A DNA stretch of 64,000 nt from Propionibacteriaceae bacterium Y2011 (GTDB lineage Bacteria; Actinomycetota; Actinomycetes; Propionibacteriales; Propionibacteriaceae), in assembly GCA_050157065.1 (NCBI GenBank), contig CP189573.1; one strand, written 5' to 3'. Within the stretch, counting starts at the first letter, position 1, and the number at the start of each line of letters is the position of its first letter. A program made the translations under genes and the position numbers. Below the pieces are notes generated by a model, which had not been told where the DNA came from, made no database searches, and saw nothing but the letters and a program-made list of their open reading frames with translations. Below are positions 38,627 to 49,504 of the stretch, one piece after another.

Positions 38627-39165
38627 TTACCAGCCTTTCCAGCCTTGCGCCGGATGTGCTCGCCGGCGTACTTGACGCCCTTGCCCTTGTAGGGCTCGGG
38701 CTTGCGCAGCTTGCGAATGTTCGCGGCCACCTCACCGACGGCCTGCTTGTCGATGCCCTGGACGGTGAGCTTGGTCGGCCCCTCCACCACGAAGGTGATG
38801 CCCTCGGGCGCCTTCACGTTCACCGGGTGGGAGTAGCCGAGGTTGAACTCGAGCGCCTGGGGGCCCTTGGAGATCACGCGGTAACCGACGCCGACGATCT
38901 CGAGCTTCTTCTCGTAGCCCTCGGTGACGCCGGTCACCATGTTGGAGATGAGGGTCCGGGTCAGCCCGTGCAGTGCCTTGCTGACGCGCTCCTCGTCGGG
39001 ACGCTCCACCTGGATCGCGCCGTCCTCGGCACGCGAGACGGTGATCGGGGCCTTGACGGTGTGGCTGAGGGTCCCCTTCGGGCCCTTGACCGCGACCTGC
39101 TGGTCGTTCAGGGTCACCTCGACGCCGCTGGGCACCGTGATGGGCAACTTGCCAATGCGAGACAT
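38623..39165 (-). CDS. rplF: 50S ribosomal protein uL6
   Basis: 180 aa, conserved. Confidence 0.93.
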   Translation of the reverse strand: MSRIGKLPITVPSGVEVTLNDQQVAVKGPKGTLSHTVKAPITVSRAEDGAIQVERPDEERVSKALHGLTRTLISNMVTGVTEGYEKKLEIVGVGYRVISKGPQALEFNLGYSHPVNVKAPEGITFVVEGPTKLTVQGIDKQAVGEVAANIRKLRKPEPYKGKGVKYAGEHIRRKAGKAGK

Positions 39166-39192
39166 GTGATCAGTCCTCTCTGGTCTCGTCGC

Positions 39193-39600
39193 TCACCAGA
39201 CGTAGGCGAGGACTTCCCCACCCACCCCGTTGCGATGTGCGTCGCGGTCGGTCAGCAGCCCCTTCGACGTCGAGATGATCGCGACGCCCAGGCCACCGAG
39301 CACCTTGGGCAGGCCGGTGGACTTCGCGTACACGCGCAGGCCCGGCTTGGAGATGCGACGGAGGCCGGCGATCGACCGTTCGCGGTTCTGGCCGTACTTG
39401 AGGGTGATCTTGAGCGTACGGCCGACCTCACCCTCGCCGGGCTCGGTCACTTCGTACGAAGTGATGTAGCCCTGGGTGGTGAGGATCTCGGCGATGCCCG
39501 CCTTGATGTTGCTGTGCGGCATCGTCGTGCTGTCGTGGAACGCCTGATTGGCGTTGCGCAGACGGGTGAGCATGTCTGCGATGGGATCGGTCATCGTCAT
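39193..39600 (-). CDS. rpsH: 30S ribosomal protein uS8
   Basis: ATG at 39598-39600 ([17 protein letters not shown]). The ORF-track start at 39612 is a TTG. Confidence 0.9.
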   Translation of the reverse strand: MTMTDPIADMLTRLRNANQAFHDSTTMPHSNIKAGIAEILTTQGYITSYEVTEPGEGEVGRTLKITLKYGQNRERSIAGLRRISKPGLRVYAKSTGLPKVLGGLGVAIISTSKGLLTDRDAHRNGVGGEVLAYVW

Positions 39601-39728
39601 GGCTGGTGCCAACTTCTTTCTCGTGCTGGTATCCGGACCCCGTCTCGGGGTGCCGGACCTGGCGCGTCAGGTGCGGACCGGGCTCGGTCCTGATCGGTGG
39701 ATGGAGTTGTGGGGGTGAGCCGGACGGC

Positions 39729-39914
39729 TCACCAGCTCGACTTCGTGACGCCGGGCAGCTCGCCCTTGTGCGCGAGGTCGCGGAGGCACACCCGGCACAG
39801 GCCGAACTTGCGGTACACGGCCTTGGGACGCCCGCACTTCTGGCAGCGGGTGTAGGCCCGAACGCCGAACTTCGGCTTGCGGGACTGCTTGACCTTCAGC
39901 GCTGTCTTCGCCAT
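39729..39914 (-). CDS. rpsZ: 30S ribosomal protein uS14, zinc-binding type Z (61 aa)
   Basis: CQKCGR...CRVC zinc ribbon. Confidence 0.9.
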   Translation of the reverse strand: MAKTALKVKQSRKPKFGVRAYTRCQKCGRPKAVYRKFGLCRVCLRDLAHKGELPGVTKSSW

Positions 39915-39927
39915 CGTTCCTCGTTCC

Positions 39928-40518
39928 TCAGTTCTGCTGGAAGGGCATGCCCAGGTGCTTCAGCAGCGCACGGCCCTCGTCGTTGTTGGTGGCAGAGGTG
40001 ACGAACGTGATGTCCATCCCTCGCGGGCGGTCGATCTTGTCGGGATCGATCTCGTGGAACATGACCTGTTCGTTGAGACCGAACGTGTAGTTCCCCCGAC
40101 CGTCGAACTGCTTCGGCGAGAGACCTCGGAAGTCGCGGATGCGCGGCAGGGCCAGGGAGATCAGCCGGTCGGCGAACTCCCACATCCGGTTGCCCCGCAG
40201 GGTCACGTGGCAACCGATCGGCATGCCTTCGCGCAGCTTGAACTGGGCGATGGACTTGCGCGACCGGGTGACCTGCGGCTTCTGACCGGTGATGGCGGTG
40301 AGGTCGCGGACCGCACCGTCGATGATCTTGGAGTCGCGAGCAGCCTCGCCGACACCCATGTTGACCACGATCTTCACCAGGCCGGGGGTCTGCATGACGT
40401 TGCCGTAGTTGAACTCCGACTGCAGCTTGCCCACGATCTCGTCGCGGTACTGCTGCTTGAGCCGCGGGATCGCACTGCTGGTGCCGGTGCTGCTCGTCTC
40501 GGTCTTGGTGGCGGTCAT
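39928..40518 (-). CDS. rplE: 50S ribosomal protein uL5
   Basis: 196 aa, conserved. Short N-terminal extension. Confidence 0.92.
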   Translation of the reverse strand: MTATKTETSSTGTSSAIPRLKQQYRDEIVGKLQSEFNYGNVMQTPGLVKIVVNMGVGEAARDSKIIDGAVRDLTAITGQKPQVTRSRKSIAQFKLREGMPIGCHVTLRGNRMWEFADRLISLALPRIRDFRGLSPKQFDGRGNYTFGLNEQVMFHEIDPDKIDRPRGMDITFVTSATNNDEGRALLKHLGMPFQQN

Positions 40519-40955
40519 CAGATCTCCTCTCCGGTCCGCTTCGCGATGCGCACGGAACGGAATCCGGTGTACTCGGTGCCGTCGGGGCGGCGCTTGGTGA
40601 CCTCGGTGCGCTCGTAGCCGACGCGGGTGGGCACCTCTTCACCGTCCACCGAGACGACGAGCTGCACGTTGGACACGTGGATCGGGGCCTCGGAGGTCAC
40701 GATCCCGCCCTGGGTGCGCTGCCCGCCCTGCGGCTGGTTCTGCTGGTCACGCAGGTGCCGCTTGACGACGTTCACACCCTGCACGGTGACCTTCTGGCGC
40801 TCGGGGTGGACCGCGATGATCTCGCCGACCACGCCCTTGTCCTTGCCCGCGATGACCTTGACCTTGTCGCCCTTGATCACGTGGAGCTTGTTCTGGCCGG
40901 GCTTCTTGGGTCCGAGGAACTTCTTCGAACCGTTCGTCGTGTTCTTGCTTGCCAT
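40518..40955 (-). CDS. rplX: 50S ribosomal protein uL24 with Lys-rich N-terminal extension of about 24 aa
   Basis: ATG at 40953-40955 preceded by GGAGGTGA SD. KOW core [17 protein letters not shown]. Confidence 0.9.
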   Translation of the reverse strand: MASKNTTNGSKKFLGPKKPGQNKLHVIKGDKVKVIAGKDKGVVGEIIAVHPERQKVTVQGVNVVKRHLRDQQNQPQGGQRTQGGIVTSEAPIHVSNVQLVVSVDGEEVPTRVGYERTEVTKRRPDGTEYTGFRSVRIAKRTGEEI

Positions 40956-40958
40956 GGT

Positions 40959-41327
40959 TCAGATCACCTCCGGGGCGAGCGAGATGATGCGCATGAAGCG
41001 CTTGTCGCGCAGCTCGCGGCCGACCGGGCCGAAGATGCGGGTGCCACGGGGCTCGCCATCCTGCCTGAGGATCACCGCGGCGTTCTCGTCGAACTTGATG
41101 TACGAACCGTCCGGCCGGCGACGTTCCTTGACCGTACGGACGATGACGGCCTTGACGACCTCACCCTTCTTGACGTTGCCGCCCGGGATCGCGTCCTTGA
41201 CCGTGGCCACGATGGTGTCGCCGATGCCGGCGTAGCGGCGTGCGGAGCCGCCGAGCACGCGGATGCACAAGATCTCCTTGGCTCCGGTGTTGTCGGCGAC
41301 CTTCAGTCGCGACTCCTGCTGGATCAT
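40959..41327 (-). CDS. rplN: 50S ribosomal protein uL14
   Basis: 122 aa, conserved. Confidence 0.93.
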   Translation of the reverse strand: MIQQESRLKVADNTGAKEILCIRVLGGSARRYAGIGDTIVATVKDAIPGGNVKKGEVVKAVIVRTVKERRRPDGSYIKFDENAAVILRQDGEPRGTRIFGPVGRELRDKRFMRIISLAPEVI

Positions 41328-41403
41328 CTGTTTCTCCTGGTTGTCACGCTGGTCCCCCGTCCCGGATCACGGAACGGGGCCTGGCGGAACTGAATGGGAT
41401 TGC

Positions 41404-41757
41404 TTACTTGGCCTTCTCGACGACCTGGACGAGCCGCCAGCGCTTCGTGGCCGACAACGGCCGGGTCTCCATCACGACGACGCGGTCACCCGTGCCGGCC
41501 TCGTTCTGCTCGTCATGGGCCTTCAGCCGGAGCGTCTGGCGCATGACCTTGCCGTACAGCGGGTGCTTCTTGCGGTCCTCGACGGCGACGACGATGGTCT
41601 TGTCCATCTTGTCGCTGACGACGTAGCCGACCCGCACCTTGCGGCGGTTCCGGCTCGAGTCGCTGTGCGCGATCTCGCTGGCGGCGCGCTCGCTGTCGAC
41701 GACCTCGGGGGTCTCGGCGACGGTTTCGGCGGTCTCGACCTTGGTGGTTTCGCTCAT
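41404..41757 (-). CDS. rpsQ: 30S ribosomal protein uS17 with acidic N-terminal extension of about 30 aa
   Basis: Start [11 protein letters not shown] (ATG at 41755-41757). Core [20 protein letters not shown]. Confidence 0.87.
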   Translation of the reverse strand: MSETTKVETAETVAETPEVVDSERAASEIAHSDSSRNRRKVRVGYVVSDKMDKTIVVAVEDRKKHPLYGKVMRQTLRLKAHDEQNEAGTGDRVVVMETRPLSATKRWRLVQVVEKAK

Positions 41758-41759
41758 GA

Positions 41760-42020
41760 TCACTTCTTCTTCGTGGTCTCGACAACGGTCTCGTCGGCGT
41801 CGCGGTCGGGATCCTCGACAATCCCGAGCGCCCGCTCCTGCAGCACGGTGTAGATCCGCGCGATGTCCTTGCGGACCGCGCGGAGCCGGCCGTGCGACTC
41901 CAGCTGACCGGTGGCGGCCTGGAAGCGGAGCGTGAACAGCTCCTCCTTCAGCTCCACGACCTTGGTGTTGAGCTCGCCCTTGCTGAGGTTGCGCAGCTCG
42001 GCGGCGGTGGTCGTTGCCAT
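41760..42020 (-). CDS. rpmC: 50S ribosomal protein uL29 (with C-terminal acidic tail)
   Basis: 86 aa, conserved L29 core. Confidence 0.88.
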   Translation of the reverse strand: MATTTAAELRNLSKGELNTKVVELKEELFTLRFQAATGQLESHGRLRAVRKDIARIYTVLQERALGIVEDPDRDADETVVETTKKK

Positions 42021-42439
42021 CAGTTGTCACCTGCTTCCCGCTTGATGAAGCGTGCCTTCATGGGCAGCTTGTGGATCGCGAGGCGCATGGCCTCACGGGC
42101 CACGTCCTCGTCGACGCCGGCGATCTCGAACATCACCCGTCCCGGCTTGATGTTGGCCACCCACCACTCGGGCGAACCCTTGCCGGAACCCATCCGGGTC
42201 TCGGCGGGCTTCTTGGTCAACGGGCGGTCCGGGAAGATGTTGATCCACACCTTGCCGCCACGCTTCATGTGACGGGTCATGGCGATACGGGCCGACTCGA
42301 TCTGCCGGTTCGTGACGTAGGCACGCTCCATGGCCTGGACACCGTAGTCACCGAACGTGATCTCGGTGCCGCCCTTGGCCATGCCGGTGCGCTTGGGGTG
42401 GTGCTGCTTGCGGTGCTTGACCTTGCGAGGGATCAACAT
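42020..42439 (-). CDS. rplP: 50S ribosomal protein uL16
   Basis: ATG start [11 protein letters not shown] with GGAAGGGG SD. The ORF-track start at 42448 is a GTG overlapping the rpsC stop. Confidence 0.9.
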   Translation of the reverse strand: MLIPRKVKHRKQHHPKRTGMAKGGTEITFGDYGVQAMERAYVTNRQIESARIAMTRHMKRGGKVWINIFPDRPLTKKPAETRMGSGKGSPEWWVANIKPGRVMFEIAGVDEDVAREAMRLAIHKLPMKARFIKREAGDN

Positions 42440-42444
42440 CGCGG

Positions 42445-43275
42445 TCACGCCCCTTCCGACGTCGTGGACGCGGTGGCGTCCGTTGCTGCAGGTGCCTGGG
42501 TGGCGGTGTCGCCGCCCTCGGTCGCCGCACCCTCGGCGCGACGGCGACCGCCACGCTCGGGACGGTCACCACGGCTGGGACGACGGCCCGGACGCTGCCG
42601 ACCGCCGGCGGCGTTGCGGGCCGCCTTCTGTGCGGCGCGCTCGGCCCGGGTGCCCGAGACCTCGCCCTTGTAGATCCACACCTTGACGCCGATGTGGCCG
42701 TACACGGTCTTGGCCTCGAACAGCCCGTAGTCGACGTCGGCGCGCAGCGTGTGCAGCGGCACCTGGCCCTCGCGGTAGAACTCCGAGCGCGACATCTCGG
42801 CACCGCCGAGACGGCCGGAGCACTGGATCTTGATGCCGAGGGCGCCGGCGCGCATCGCGCTCTGCTGGGCCTTGCGCATCGCGCGCCGGAAGGCGACACG
42901 GGCGCTCAGCTGCTCGGCGATGCCCTGCGCGACGAGCTGGGCGTCGGTCTCGGTGTTCTTGACCTCGAGGATGTTGAGCTGGACCTGCTTGCCGGTCAGC
43001 TTCTCCAGGTCGCCACGCAGCTTCTCCGCCTCGGAGCCGTTGCGGCCGATCACGATGCCCGGACGGGCGGTGTACAGGTCGACCCGCACCCGGTCACGGG
43101 TGCGCTCGATCTCGGTGGACGAGAGCCCGGCCCGGACCAGCCGCTTGGTCAGCAGCTCCCGGATCTTGACGTCCTCACCCACGTAGTCGGCGTACTGCTT
43201 GTCGGCGTACCACCGGCTGGTGTGATCGGTGGTGACCCCGAGTCGGAACCCGTTCGGGTTGATCTTCTGCCCCAT
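42445..43275 (-). CDS. rpsC: 30S ribosomal protein uS3 (with basic/acidic C-terminal tail)
   Basis: 276 aa. Conserved KH and S3-C domains. Confidence 0.93.
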   Translation of the reverse strand: MGQKINPNGFRLGVTTDHTSRWYADKQYADYVGEDVKIRELLTKRLVRAGLSSTEIERTRDRVRVDLYTARPGIVIGRNGSEAEKLRGDLEKLTGKQVQLNILEVKNTETDAQLVAQGIAEQLSARVAFRRAMRKAQQSAMRAGALGIKIQCSGRLGGAEMSRSEFYREGQVPLHTLRADVDYGLFEAKTVYGHIGVKVWIYKGEVSGTRAERAAQKAARNAAGGRQRPGRRPSRGDRPERGGRRRAEGAATEGGDTATQAPAATDATASTTSEGA

Positions 43276-43278
43276 GGC

Positions 43279-43749
43279 TCAGGCCTCCTTCTCGGTGTCG
43301 GTGCTGGTGTCGGCCTGCTTGTCGGCCTGCTTGGCCTTCGGCCGGGTGGCCTCCGGCTCGGGTCGCGGCTCGACGACCACGGTGATGTGGCTGCCCCGCT
43401 TCAGGATGCGGCTGGCCGATCCCTTGGCGCGAGCGCGGATGCGACGCATGGTCACGCCCTCGTCGACGAACGCCTGCGAGACGAAGAGGTCGTCGCTGCG
43501 CAGGTTGTCGACCGACTCGGCGTTCGCCACGGCGCTGGCCAGGACCTTCTGGACCGGTTCGCTGGCCGCCTGCGGCGCGAACTCCAGCATGGACAGGGCG
43601 TCGGCGACGTCCATGCCACGGACCAGATCGACGACGCGGCGCACCTTGGTGGGCGACATGCGTACGTGACGGGCGATGGCGTAGGCACCCGGACGATCCC
43701 CGAGCAGGGCAGCCCGGCGAGACGGCCGGGCCTTCTCAGTGGTGCTCAT
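43279..43749 (-). CDS. rplV: 50S ribosomal protein uL22 (N- and C-terminal extensions)
   Basis: 156 aa. Core [24 protein letters not shown]. Confidence 0.92.
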   Translation of the reverse strand: MSTTEKARPSRRAALLGDRPGAYAIARHVRMSPTKVRRVVDLVRGMDVADALSMLEFAPQAASEPVQKVLASAVANAESVDNLRSDDLFVSQAFVDEGVTMRRIRARAKGSASRILKRGSHITVVVEPRPEPEATRPKAKQADKQADTSTDTEKEA

Positions 43750-43784
43750 TCAGATCTCAGTTCCTTCTCGGCAGGTACGGCGCC

Positions 43785-44066
43785 TCAGCGGCGACGTGCC
43801 TTCCGGTCGTCCTTGTCGTGACCCTTGAAGGTCCTGGTCGGGGCGAACTCGCCCAGCTTGTGGCCGATCATCGCCTCGGTCACGAAGACCGGGACGTGCT
43901 TGCGACCGTCGTGGACCGCGATCGTGTGGCCGAGCATGTCGGGCACGATCATCGAGCGGCGCGACCAAGTCTTGATGACGGTCTTGCTGCCCTTGGCGTT
44001 CTGGGCCTCCACCTTCTTGGCGAGGTGGTCGTCGACGAACGGCCCCTTCTTCAGGCTGCGTGGCAT
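43785..44066 (-). CDS. rpsS: 30S ribosomal protein uS19
   Basis: 93 aa, conserved. Confidence 0.93.
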   Translation of the reverse strand: MPRSLKKGPFVDDHLAKKVEAQNAKGSKTVIKTWSRRSMIVPDMLGHTIAVHDGRKHVPVFVTEAMIGHKLGEFAPTRTFKGHDKDDRKARRR

Positions 44067-44078
44067 TCCTCAGACTCC

Positions 44079-44915
44079 TCAGCGCTTCTTGCCGGTACGA
44101 CGGCGGCGCACGATGAGTCGATTGCTCGCCTTGTTCTTGTTACGGGTACGACCCTCGGGCTTGCCCCACGGGGAGACCGGGTGACGGCCACCGGAGGTCT
44201 TGCCCTCGCCACCACCGTGGGGGTGGTCGATCGGGTTCATCACGACGCCACGGACGGTCGGGCGCTTGCCCTTCCACCGCATGCGACCTGCCTTGCCCCA
44301 CGAGATGTTCGACTGCTCGGCGTTGCCGACCTCACCGACCGTCGCGCGGCACCGGATGTCGACCATCCGCATCTCACCCGAGGGCAGCCGCAGGGTGGCC
44401 ATCTTGCCCTCACGTGCGACCAGCTGCACCGAGGCGCCGGCCGAGCGGCCGAGCTTGGCGCCGCCGCCGGGCCGCAGCTCCACGGCGTGCACCGTGGTGC
44501 CGACCGGGATGTTGCGCAGCGGCAGGTTGTTGCCCGCCTTGATGTCGGCGGCCTCGCCGGCCTCCACCGCAGCACCCTGGGCCAGGCCGTTCGGCGCGAT
44601 GATGTAGCGCTTCTCGCCGTCGGCGTAGTGCAGCAGCGCGATGCGCGCGGTGCGGTTCGGGTCGTACTCGATCTCGGCGACCTTGGCCGGGACCCCGTCC
44701 TTGTCGTACCGCTTGAAGTCGATCACGCGGTACGCCTGCTTGTGGCCGCCACCGATGTGCCGGGTGGTGATCCGCCCGGTGTTGTTGCGACCGCCGGTCT
44801 TCTTGCTCGGCACCAGCAGCGACTTCTCGGGGGTGGACCGGGTCACTTCCACGAAGTCGGCAACGGACGAGCCACGGCGGCCCGGTGTCGTCGGCTTGTA
44901 CTTACGGATACCCAT
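44079..44915 (-). CDS. rplB: 50S ribosomal protein uL2
   Basis: Start [14 protein letters not shown] (ATG at 44913-44915). The ORF-track start is further upstream. Confidence 0.92.
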   Translation of the reverse strand: MGIRKYKPTTPGRRGSSVADFVEVTRSTPEKSLLVPSKKTGGRNNTGRITTRHIGGGHKQAYRVIDFKRYDKDGVPAKVAEIEYDPNRTARIALLHYADGEKRYIIAPNGLAQGAAVEAGEAADIKAGNNLPLRNIPVGTTVHAVELRPGGGAKLGRSAGASVQLVAREGKMATLRLPSGEMRMVDIRCRATVGEVGNAEQSNISWGKAGRMRWKGKRPTVRGVVMNPIDHPHGGGEGKTSGGRHPVSPWGKPEGRTRNKNKASNRLIVRRRRTGKKR

Positions 44916-44931
44916 GTCAGTTCCTGTCCTG

Positions 44932-45240
44932 TCAGCTGTCTGCGCCGGAGAAGATGTCGATGCGCTGGCCGTCGGCAACGGTCACGATGGCGCGCTTGGT
45001 GTCGGCGCGACGGCCGGTCCCGTACCGGGTCCGGCGGGTCTTGCCGCTCCGGTTGAGGGTGTTCACACCGGTGACGCGCACGCCGAAGATGGTCTCGACC
45101 GCGATCTTGATCTCGGTCTTGTTCGCCTCCGGCGCGACCAGGAACGTGTACTTGTTCTCGTCGAGCAGGCCGTAGCTCTTCTCGCTCACGACCGGTGCGA
45201 TCAGTACGTCCCGGTGGGTGCGGATCTTGACGTCGCTCAC
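44932..45240 (-). CDS. rplW: 50S ribosomal protein uL23
   Basis: 102 aa, conserved. Confidence 0.92.
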   Translation of the reverse strand: MSDVKIRTHRDVLIAPVVSEKSYGLLDENKYTFLVAPEANKTEIKIAVETIFGVRVTGVNTLNRSGKTRRTRYGTGRRADTKRAIVTVADGQRIDIFSGADS

Positions 45241-46229
45241 TTGTCGTCATCCCCTTCGGAGTCATCGGACTTGACGGCGTTCACGAACCCGGCTGCCTCG
45301 GCGGCCTCGGTCGAGTTGAACCAGACCTCGGCCTGGGTGCGGCCGTACCACGGCGACTCGGGCGTGTGGAACTTCATCGAGTCCTCGTTGCCCTTGACGT
45401 CGAAGCCGGCGGGCGGCTCGTCGCCCCGGTAGGAGTTCGCCCCGTAGTCGACCTGGTCGGACAGCTCGTCGGTGCTGGGCTCGCTGGTGTCCTCCACCAG
45501 CGGAGCGGCAGCGGCGGCCAGCTCGGCATTGCTCGGCTCGGCGGCCTCCGACTCGGTGGCGGTGGCCTTGGCGGCCCGGCCACTGGCCGGTCCGGCGACG
45601 AACGCGGTGAGCGCGGCGGAGGTGAACACGATGTCGTCGTTGCACAGCACGTCGTACGCGTTCAGTTGGTCGGCAGCGATCGCGTGCACGGCAGGCACGT
45701 TGCGCAGGCTCAGCCAGACGAGGTCCTCGTCGCGGTGCAGCACGACCAGCACGCGGCGGTCGAGCGTGTCAGCCCCCACCAGCTTGGCCAACGCGGCGAC
45801 GGCCTGCTTGGCCGACGGGGTCGGGCCGGGGACCAGGTTGTCGATCACGTGGACGCGACCACCGCGGGCCCGGTCCGACAGCGCACCGCGGAGGGCGGCG
45901 ACGACCATCTTCTTGGGGGTCCGCTGGGCGTACGACCGGGGCTGCGGCCCGTGGACGACGCCACCGCCGGTCCACTGCGGGGCGCGACGCGAACCCTGAC
46001 GGGCGCGGCCGGTGCCCTTCTGGCGCCACGGCTTGGCGCCACCACCACGGACGTCGCCGCGGGTCTTGGTGGCGTGCGTGCCCTGACGAGCGGCGGCCAG
46101 CTGGGCCACCACGACCTGGTGGATCAGCGGCACGTTGGCCTGTACATCGAACAGGTCGGCGGGCAGCTCGGCGGTGCCGGCCTTCGCGCCCTTGGCGTCG
46201 ATCACGTCGACGGTCCGGGAGGTGCTCAT
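45237..46229 (-). CDS. rplD: 50S ribosomal protein uL4 with C-terminal extension of about 110 aa
   Basis: Canonical L4 over about 215 aa. C-terminus carries the [16 protein letters not shown] module shared with bL17. Confidence 0.9.
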   Translation of the reverse strand: MSTSRTVDVIDAKGAKAGTAELPADLFDVQANVPLIHQVVVAQLAAARQGTHATKTRGDVRGGGAKPWRQKGTGRARQGSRRAPQWTGGGVVHGPQPRSYAQRTPKKMVVAALRGALSDRARGGRVHVIDNLVPGPTPSAKQAVAALAKLVGADTLDRRVLVVLHRDEDLVWLSLRNVPAVHAIAADQLNAYDVLCNDDIVFTSAALTAFVAGPASGRAAKATATESEAAEPSNAELAAAAAPLVEDTSEPSTDELSDQVDYGANSYRGDEPPAGFDVKGNEDSMKFHTPESPWYGRTQAEVWFNSTEAAEAAGFVNAVKSDDSEGDDDK

Positions 46230-46894
46230 GCTTCGGGTCCTTCCTTCTTCGCCGCGCTGCGGATGACCACCAGGCTGCCGGTGGCACCCGGGATCGCGCC
46301 GGCAATCAGCAGCAGGCCACGCTCGGCGTCGACGGCGTGCACGGTCAGGTTCTGCACGGTGACGCGCTCGTTGCCCATCCGGCCGGCCATCTTGAGGCCC
46401 TTGAACACGCGACCGGGAGTGGCGCAGCCACCGATGGAGCCGGGCGAACGGTGCTTGCGGTGCACACCGTGGCTCGAGCTGAGGCCCGAGAAGCCGTGCC
46501 GCTTCATGACACCGGCGGTGCCCTTGCCGCGGCTGGTGCCGGTCACGTCGATGACCTCGGCGGCCTCGAACACGTCCGGGCCCAGCTCCTGGCCGAGGGT
46601 GAACTCGGACGCGTCGGCGGTCCGGATCTCCATCAGGTGCTTGCGGGGGGTGACCCCGGCGGCCTCGAAGTGGCCGGCCGCGGGCTTGGTGACCTTCTTG
46701 GCCTTGATCGCGCCGAAGCCGAGCTGGACGGCGGAGTAGCCGTCGGCGTCGGGCGTGCGGACCTGGGTGACCACGTTCGGTCCGGCCTGGACCACGGTCA
46801 CGGGGACGACGCGGTTGTTCTCGTCCCAGAGCTGGGTCATGCCGAGCTTGGTGCCCAGCAGGCCCTTCACCTTGCGTTCAGCAGTGTTGGTCAT
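46226..46894 (-). CDS. rplC: 50S ribosomal protein uL3
   Basis: Start [14 protein letters not shown] (ATG at 46892-46894, GAGGA SD). Confidence 0.93.
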   Translation of the reverse strand: MTNTAERKVKGLLGTKLGMTQLWDENNRVVPVTVVQAGPNVVTQVRTPDADGYSAVQLGFGAIKAKKVTKPAAGHFEAAGVTPRKHLMEIRTADASEFTLGQELGPDVFEAAEVIDVTGTSRGKGTAGVMKRHGFSGLSSSHGVHRKHRSPGSIGGCATPGRVFKGLKMAGRMGNERVTVQNLTVHAVDAERGLLLIAGAIPGATGSLVVIRSAAKKEGPEA

Positions 46895-46905
46895 CGTCGT
46901 CGTCC

Positions 46906-47214
46906 TCAGAGCTTGATCTCGATGTCGACACCGGCCGGCAGGTCGAGGCGCATCAGCGAGTCGACGGTCTTCGGCGTGGGGTCGATGATGTCGATCAGAC
47001 GCTTGTGCGTGCGCATCTCGAAGTGCTCGCGGCTGTCCTTGTACTTGTGCGGGGACCGAATGACGCAGAACACGTTCTTCTCGGTCGGCAGCGGCACCGG
47101 GCCGGCCACACGCGCACCTGTCCGGGTCACCGTGTCGACGATCTTGCGCGCCGACGAGTCGATGACCTCGTGGTCGTAGGCCTTCAGCCTGATGCGGATC
47201 TTTTGTCCCGCCAC
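46906..47214 (-). CDS. rpsJ: 30S ribosomal protein uS10
   Basis: GTG start at 47212-47214 (AGAAGGA SD). (M)[14 protein letters not shown]. Confidence 0.92.
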   Translation of the reverse strand: MAGQKIRIRLKAYDHEVIDSSARKIVDTVTRTGARVAGPVPLPTEKNVFCVIRSPHKYKDSREHFEMRTHKRLIDIIDPTPKTVDSLMRLDLPAGVDIEIKL

Positions 47215-47650
47215 AGTCGTCCTTCTCTCGTCCGTCCCAGTACCCGTGTCCAAGTACGCGTGCCATGCCGTTGCCCGCCCGCCGCCCGACCCGTTCCGAC
47301 CAGAGCCATTTCCATGACCCCCGCGGTCGGGCGTGTCGTGCTTCTCGGGCGCACCCCGGCCCACAGCGTGAACTGTCCACCGGAATTGTCACCGGCCCCG
47401 GATCGGGGCCTGCGCATAGCTGAGGTCTCGCGGTTCGGCGCTCGCCACGACCCTCCGAAGAAGTGGATCGCATGCGCACGCCCCGGCGACCTCGCCGAGC
47501 AACCCGACGATTCTGTCAAAGATCCGGGCACATGCCAAATCGAGCCAAGGCTCGGTCCGGGATGCCCACATCAATGCTGTCGTCGACCCGTCCCAGAGTA
47601 CTCGCGTGGGCAAGGCCCGGGCCTCGCCATCAGGTCCACCCAGCGACGCC

Positions 47651-47772
47651 ACTTCCCCGGCATGAACACCACTTCCTCGCCATGACACCACTTCCTCGTC
47701 ATGACACAAGCTGCAGGCGTCGGAAGCGTGTGTCATGGCGAGGAACGTGTGTCATGGCGAGGAACGTGTGCC
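47651..47772. promoter_or_regulatory. array of four to five copies of a 19-nt motif (GTGTCATGrCGAGGAAsTG) in nested direct/inverted arrangement, in the S10-operon leader/promoter region
   Basis: Two direct copies (cacttcctcgycatgacac) then a palindromic spacer containing ctgcag, then two inverted copies (gtgtcatggcgaggaacgtg). Each copy has a TGTCATGAC-like palindromic core. Confidence 0.6.
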
Positions 47773-47807
47773 GTGGCGGACGTGGGGCCGGGGCTCGGAC
47801 AGCAGAA

Positions 47808-47841
47808 CGCCGGGGTGCGAGTCGAGACCCACACCCCGGCG
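47808..47841 (-). terminator. stem-loop terminator downstream of the TM-helix-repeat membrane protein gene
   Basis: 12-bp perfect stem aacgccggggtg/caccccggcgtt with an 11-nt loop, 28 nt after the stop. Confidence 0.5.
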
Positions 47842-47868
47842 TTGACTGTCGTACGGACCGCGCCCGGG

Positions 47869-49347
47869 TCAGCCGGCCGGCGTCCCGCCGCCGTACGGGC
47901 CACCCTGATCGGTCGGGCCGGTCGGGCCGGTCGGGCCGGTCGGGCCGGTCGGATCGGTCGGCGTGCTCCCGGCGGCCGGCGAGGAGGCGACTGATGACGA
48001 CGCCACCGACGACGAGGTGGCCGGTGAGGCAGCCGACTCGGCCTCGGCCGCTTCCTGCTGCACGATCTCCTCGGTCTTGTTCTCCAGCTTCTCCAGCGTC
48101 CGACCGGCGACCTCGCGACCACCGAGCCCGAAGGCCAGTGCGGCGGCCAGGGCGCCACCCACGACGACGGCGCCGAAGCCCAGCTCGATGATCGAGTCGG
48201 CGATGCCCATCGAGCGCAGGCCCATCGCGATGAACAGCACGATCGTGACCCACTTGACGATGGTGGCGGCCATGCCGCCGTTCATCAGCCGGACGATCAG
48301 GTTGGCGAGGAAGAAGCCGGCGGCGATGATCACGCCGCCGAACAGCACCCGTCCACCGAGCACCAGCAGCTCCTGCAGGAGCTGGGTGACCTGCGGGAAG
48401 GCCAGCACCTGGGCCGCCATCACCGCGAAGAACAACACGATGGCCACCTGGGCGATCCGGGTGACGATCTGCGTCACGTTGGTCCCCTCGGGCAGCACCT
48501 TGGACGCGGTGAGGGCGTTGTCGGCGCCCAGCCCTTCGAGCACCTGGTTCAGCACGTCACCGACGAACTTGGCGATCAGCACGCCGAGGCCGAGCAGCAG
48601 CAGTGCGGCCAGGATCCGCGGCAGGGCGACGAAGATCGCCTCCAGCATCATGCTGGCCGGATCCGAGATCGCAGCGATGCCGAGGATCTGCAGGGCGGCG
48701 ATGCCGACCACGATCATGATCAACGCGTAGACGATCGTGGCCACCACGTTGGCGATCCGGTCGCTGAGGGTGGCCGACCCACCGGCGGACTGCCCCGGAC
48801 CGGACTGCGGCTGGCCCTGCTGAGGCTGGCCCTGCTGCGGCTGGCCCTGCTGCGGCTGGCCCTGCTGGGGCGTCCGGGTGGGTCCGGTGCCCGGCAGGGG
48901 GGCGTTGCCGGCGGCACGAACCGTGCCCTCCCGGCCGAACCACTTCTCGAACGGAACGGCTCGCAAGCCGGTCTCGATCAGCTGTCGGATCACCTTGGCC
49001 AGGACGACACCGATGACGAAGACGAAGACGGCCGCCACCAGGTTGGGCAGGTAGCTCATCACCTGGCCCAACAGGACCTGCAGCGGCGCCAACACCTCTT
49101 GCAGTGCAAAGACCTGGAGCACCGCGATCAGGCCGAAGAGCCACACCAGCAGGGCGGCGATCTTGCCGAAGGTCTCCCCCAGCGTCTTGCCGTCACTGCC
49201 GGCCCGCTGCAGGAAGCCGACCTTCCCCACCAGTCTCTCGAACAGGGTTCTGACCCCGCGGGCCACCAGCCAGGTGACGAGCAGAATCACCAGGGCAATC
49301 AGGATCCTGCCGCCGATGTTCAGCACAGGTCCGAGTACGTCGGGCAT
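47869..49347 (-). CDS. membrane protein with conserved-TM-helix repeats (CmpX/MscS-related-like)
   Basis: Start MPDVLGPVLNIGGRIL (ATG at 49345-49347). Repeated amphipathic TM modules. Internal PQQGQ x4 and C-terminal PTG x5 repeats. Confidence 0.6.
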   Translation of the reverse strand: MPDVLGPVLNIGGRILIALVILLVTWLVARGVRTLFERLVGKVGFLQRAGSDGKTLGETFGKIAALLVWLFGLIAVLQVFALQEVLAPLQVLLGQVMSYLPNLVAAVFVFVIGVVLAKVIRQLIETGLRAVPFEKWFGREGTVRAAGNAPLPGTGPTRTPQQGQPQQGQPQQGQPQQGQPQSGPGQSAGGSATLSDRIANVVATIVYALIMIVVGIAALQILGIAAISDPASMMLEAIFVALPRILAALLLLGLGVLIAKFVGDVLNQVLEGLGADNALTASKVLPEGTNVTQIVTRIAQVAIVLFFAVMAAQVLAFPQVTQLLQELLVLGGRVLFGGVIIAAGFFLANLIVRLMNGGMAATIVKWVTIVLFIAMGLRSMGIADSIIELGFGAVVVGGALAAALAFGLGGREVAGRTLEKLENKTEEIVQQEAAEAESAASPATSSSVASSSVASSPAAGSTPTDPTGPTGPTGPTGPTDQGGPYGGGTPAG

Positions 49348-49504
49348 TTTCGCTTCCCTCCATCGGCCGAGCGATGTGCGAATTCCCACCCGGCATGAGT
49401 GTGATCTGTTCGGATCATTGCAGGTCCTGATGCCGGGTGGCAATGGTTCGGGACCAACCAGCCGCGGCTCGACATCTTGACAGTGTAAGTGACAGTGTTA
49501 TAGT

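Noticed and set aside
40518-40955. uL24 N-terminal extension as a mis-called start
   Set aside because: An ATG preceded by a canonical GGAGGTGA SD at optimal spacing supports the long form. The alternative internal GTG lacks an SD.
47463-48191. 242-aa plus-strand ORF in the S10 leader (and the 184-aa minus ORF 47701-48253)
   Set aside because: Arg/Pro-rich translations spanning the terminator hairpin and repeat array, with no RBS and no homology signal. The region is better explained as a non-coding leader.
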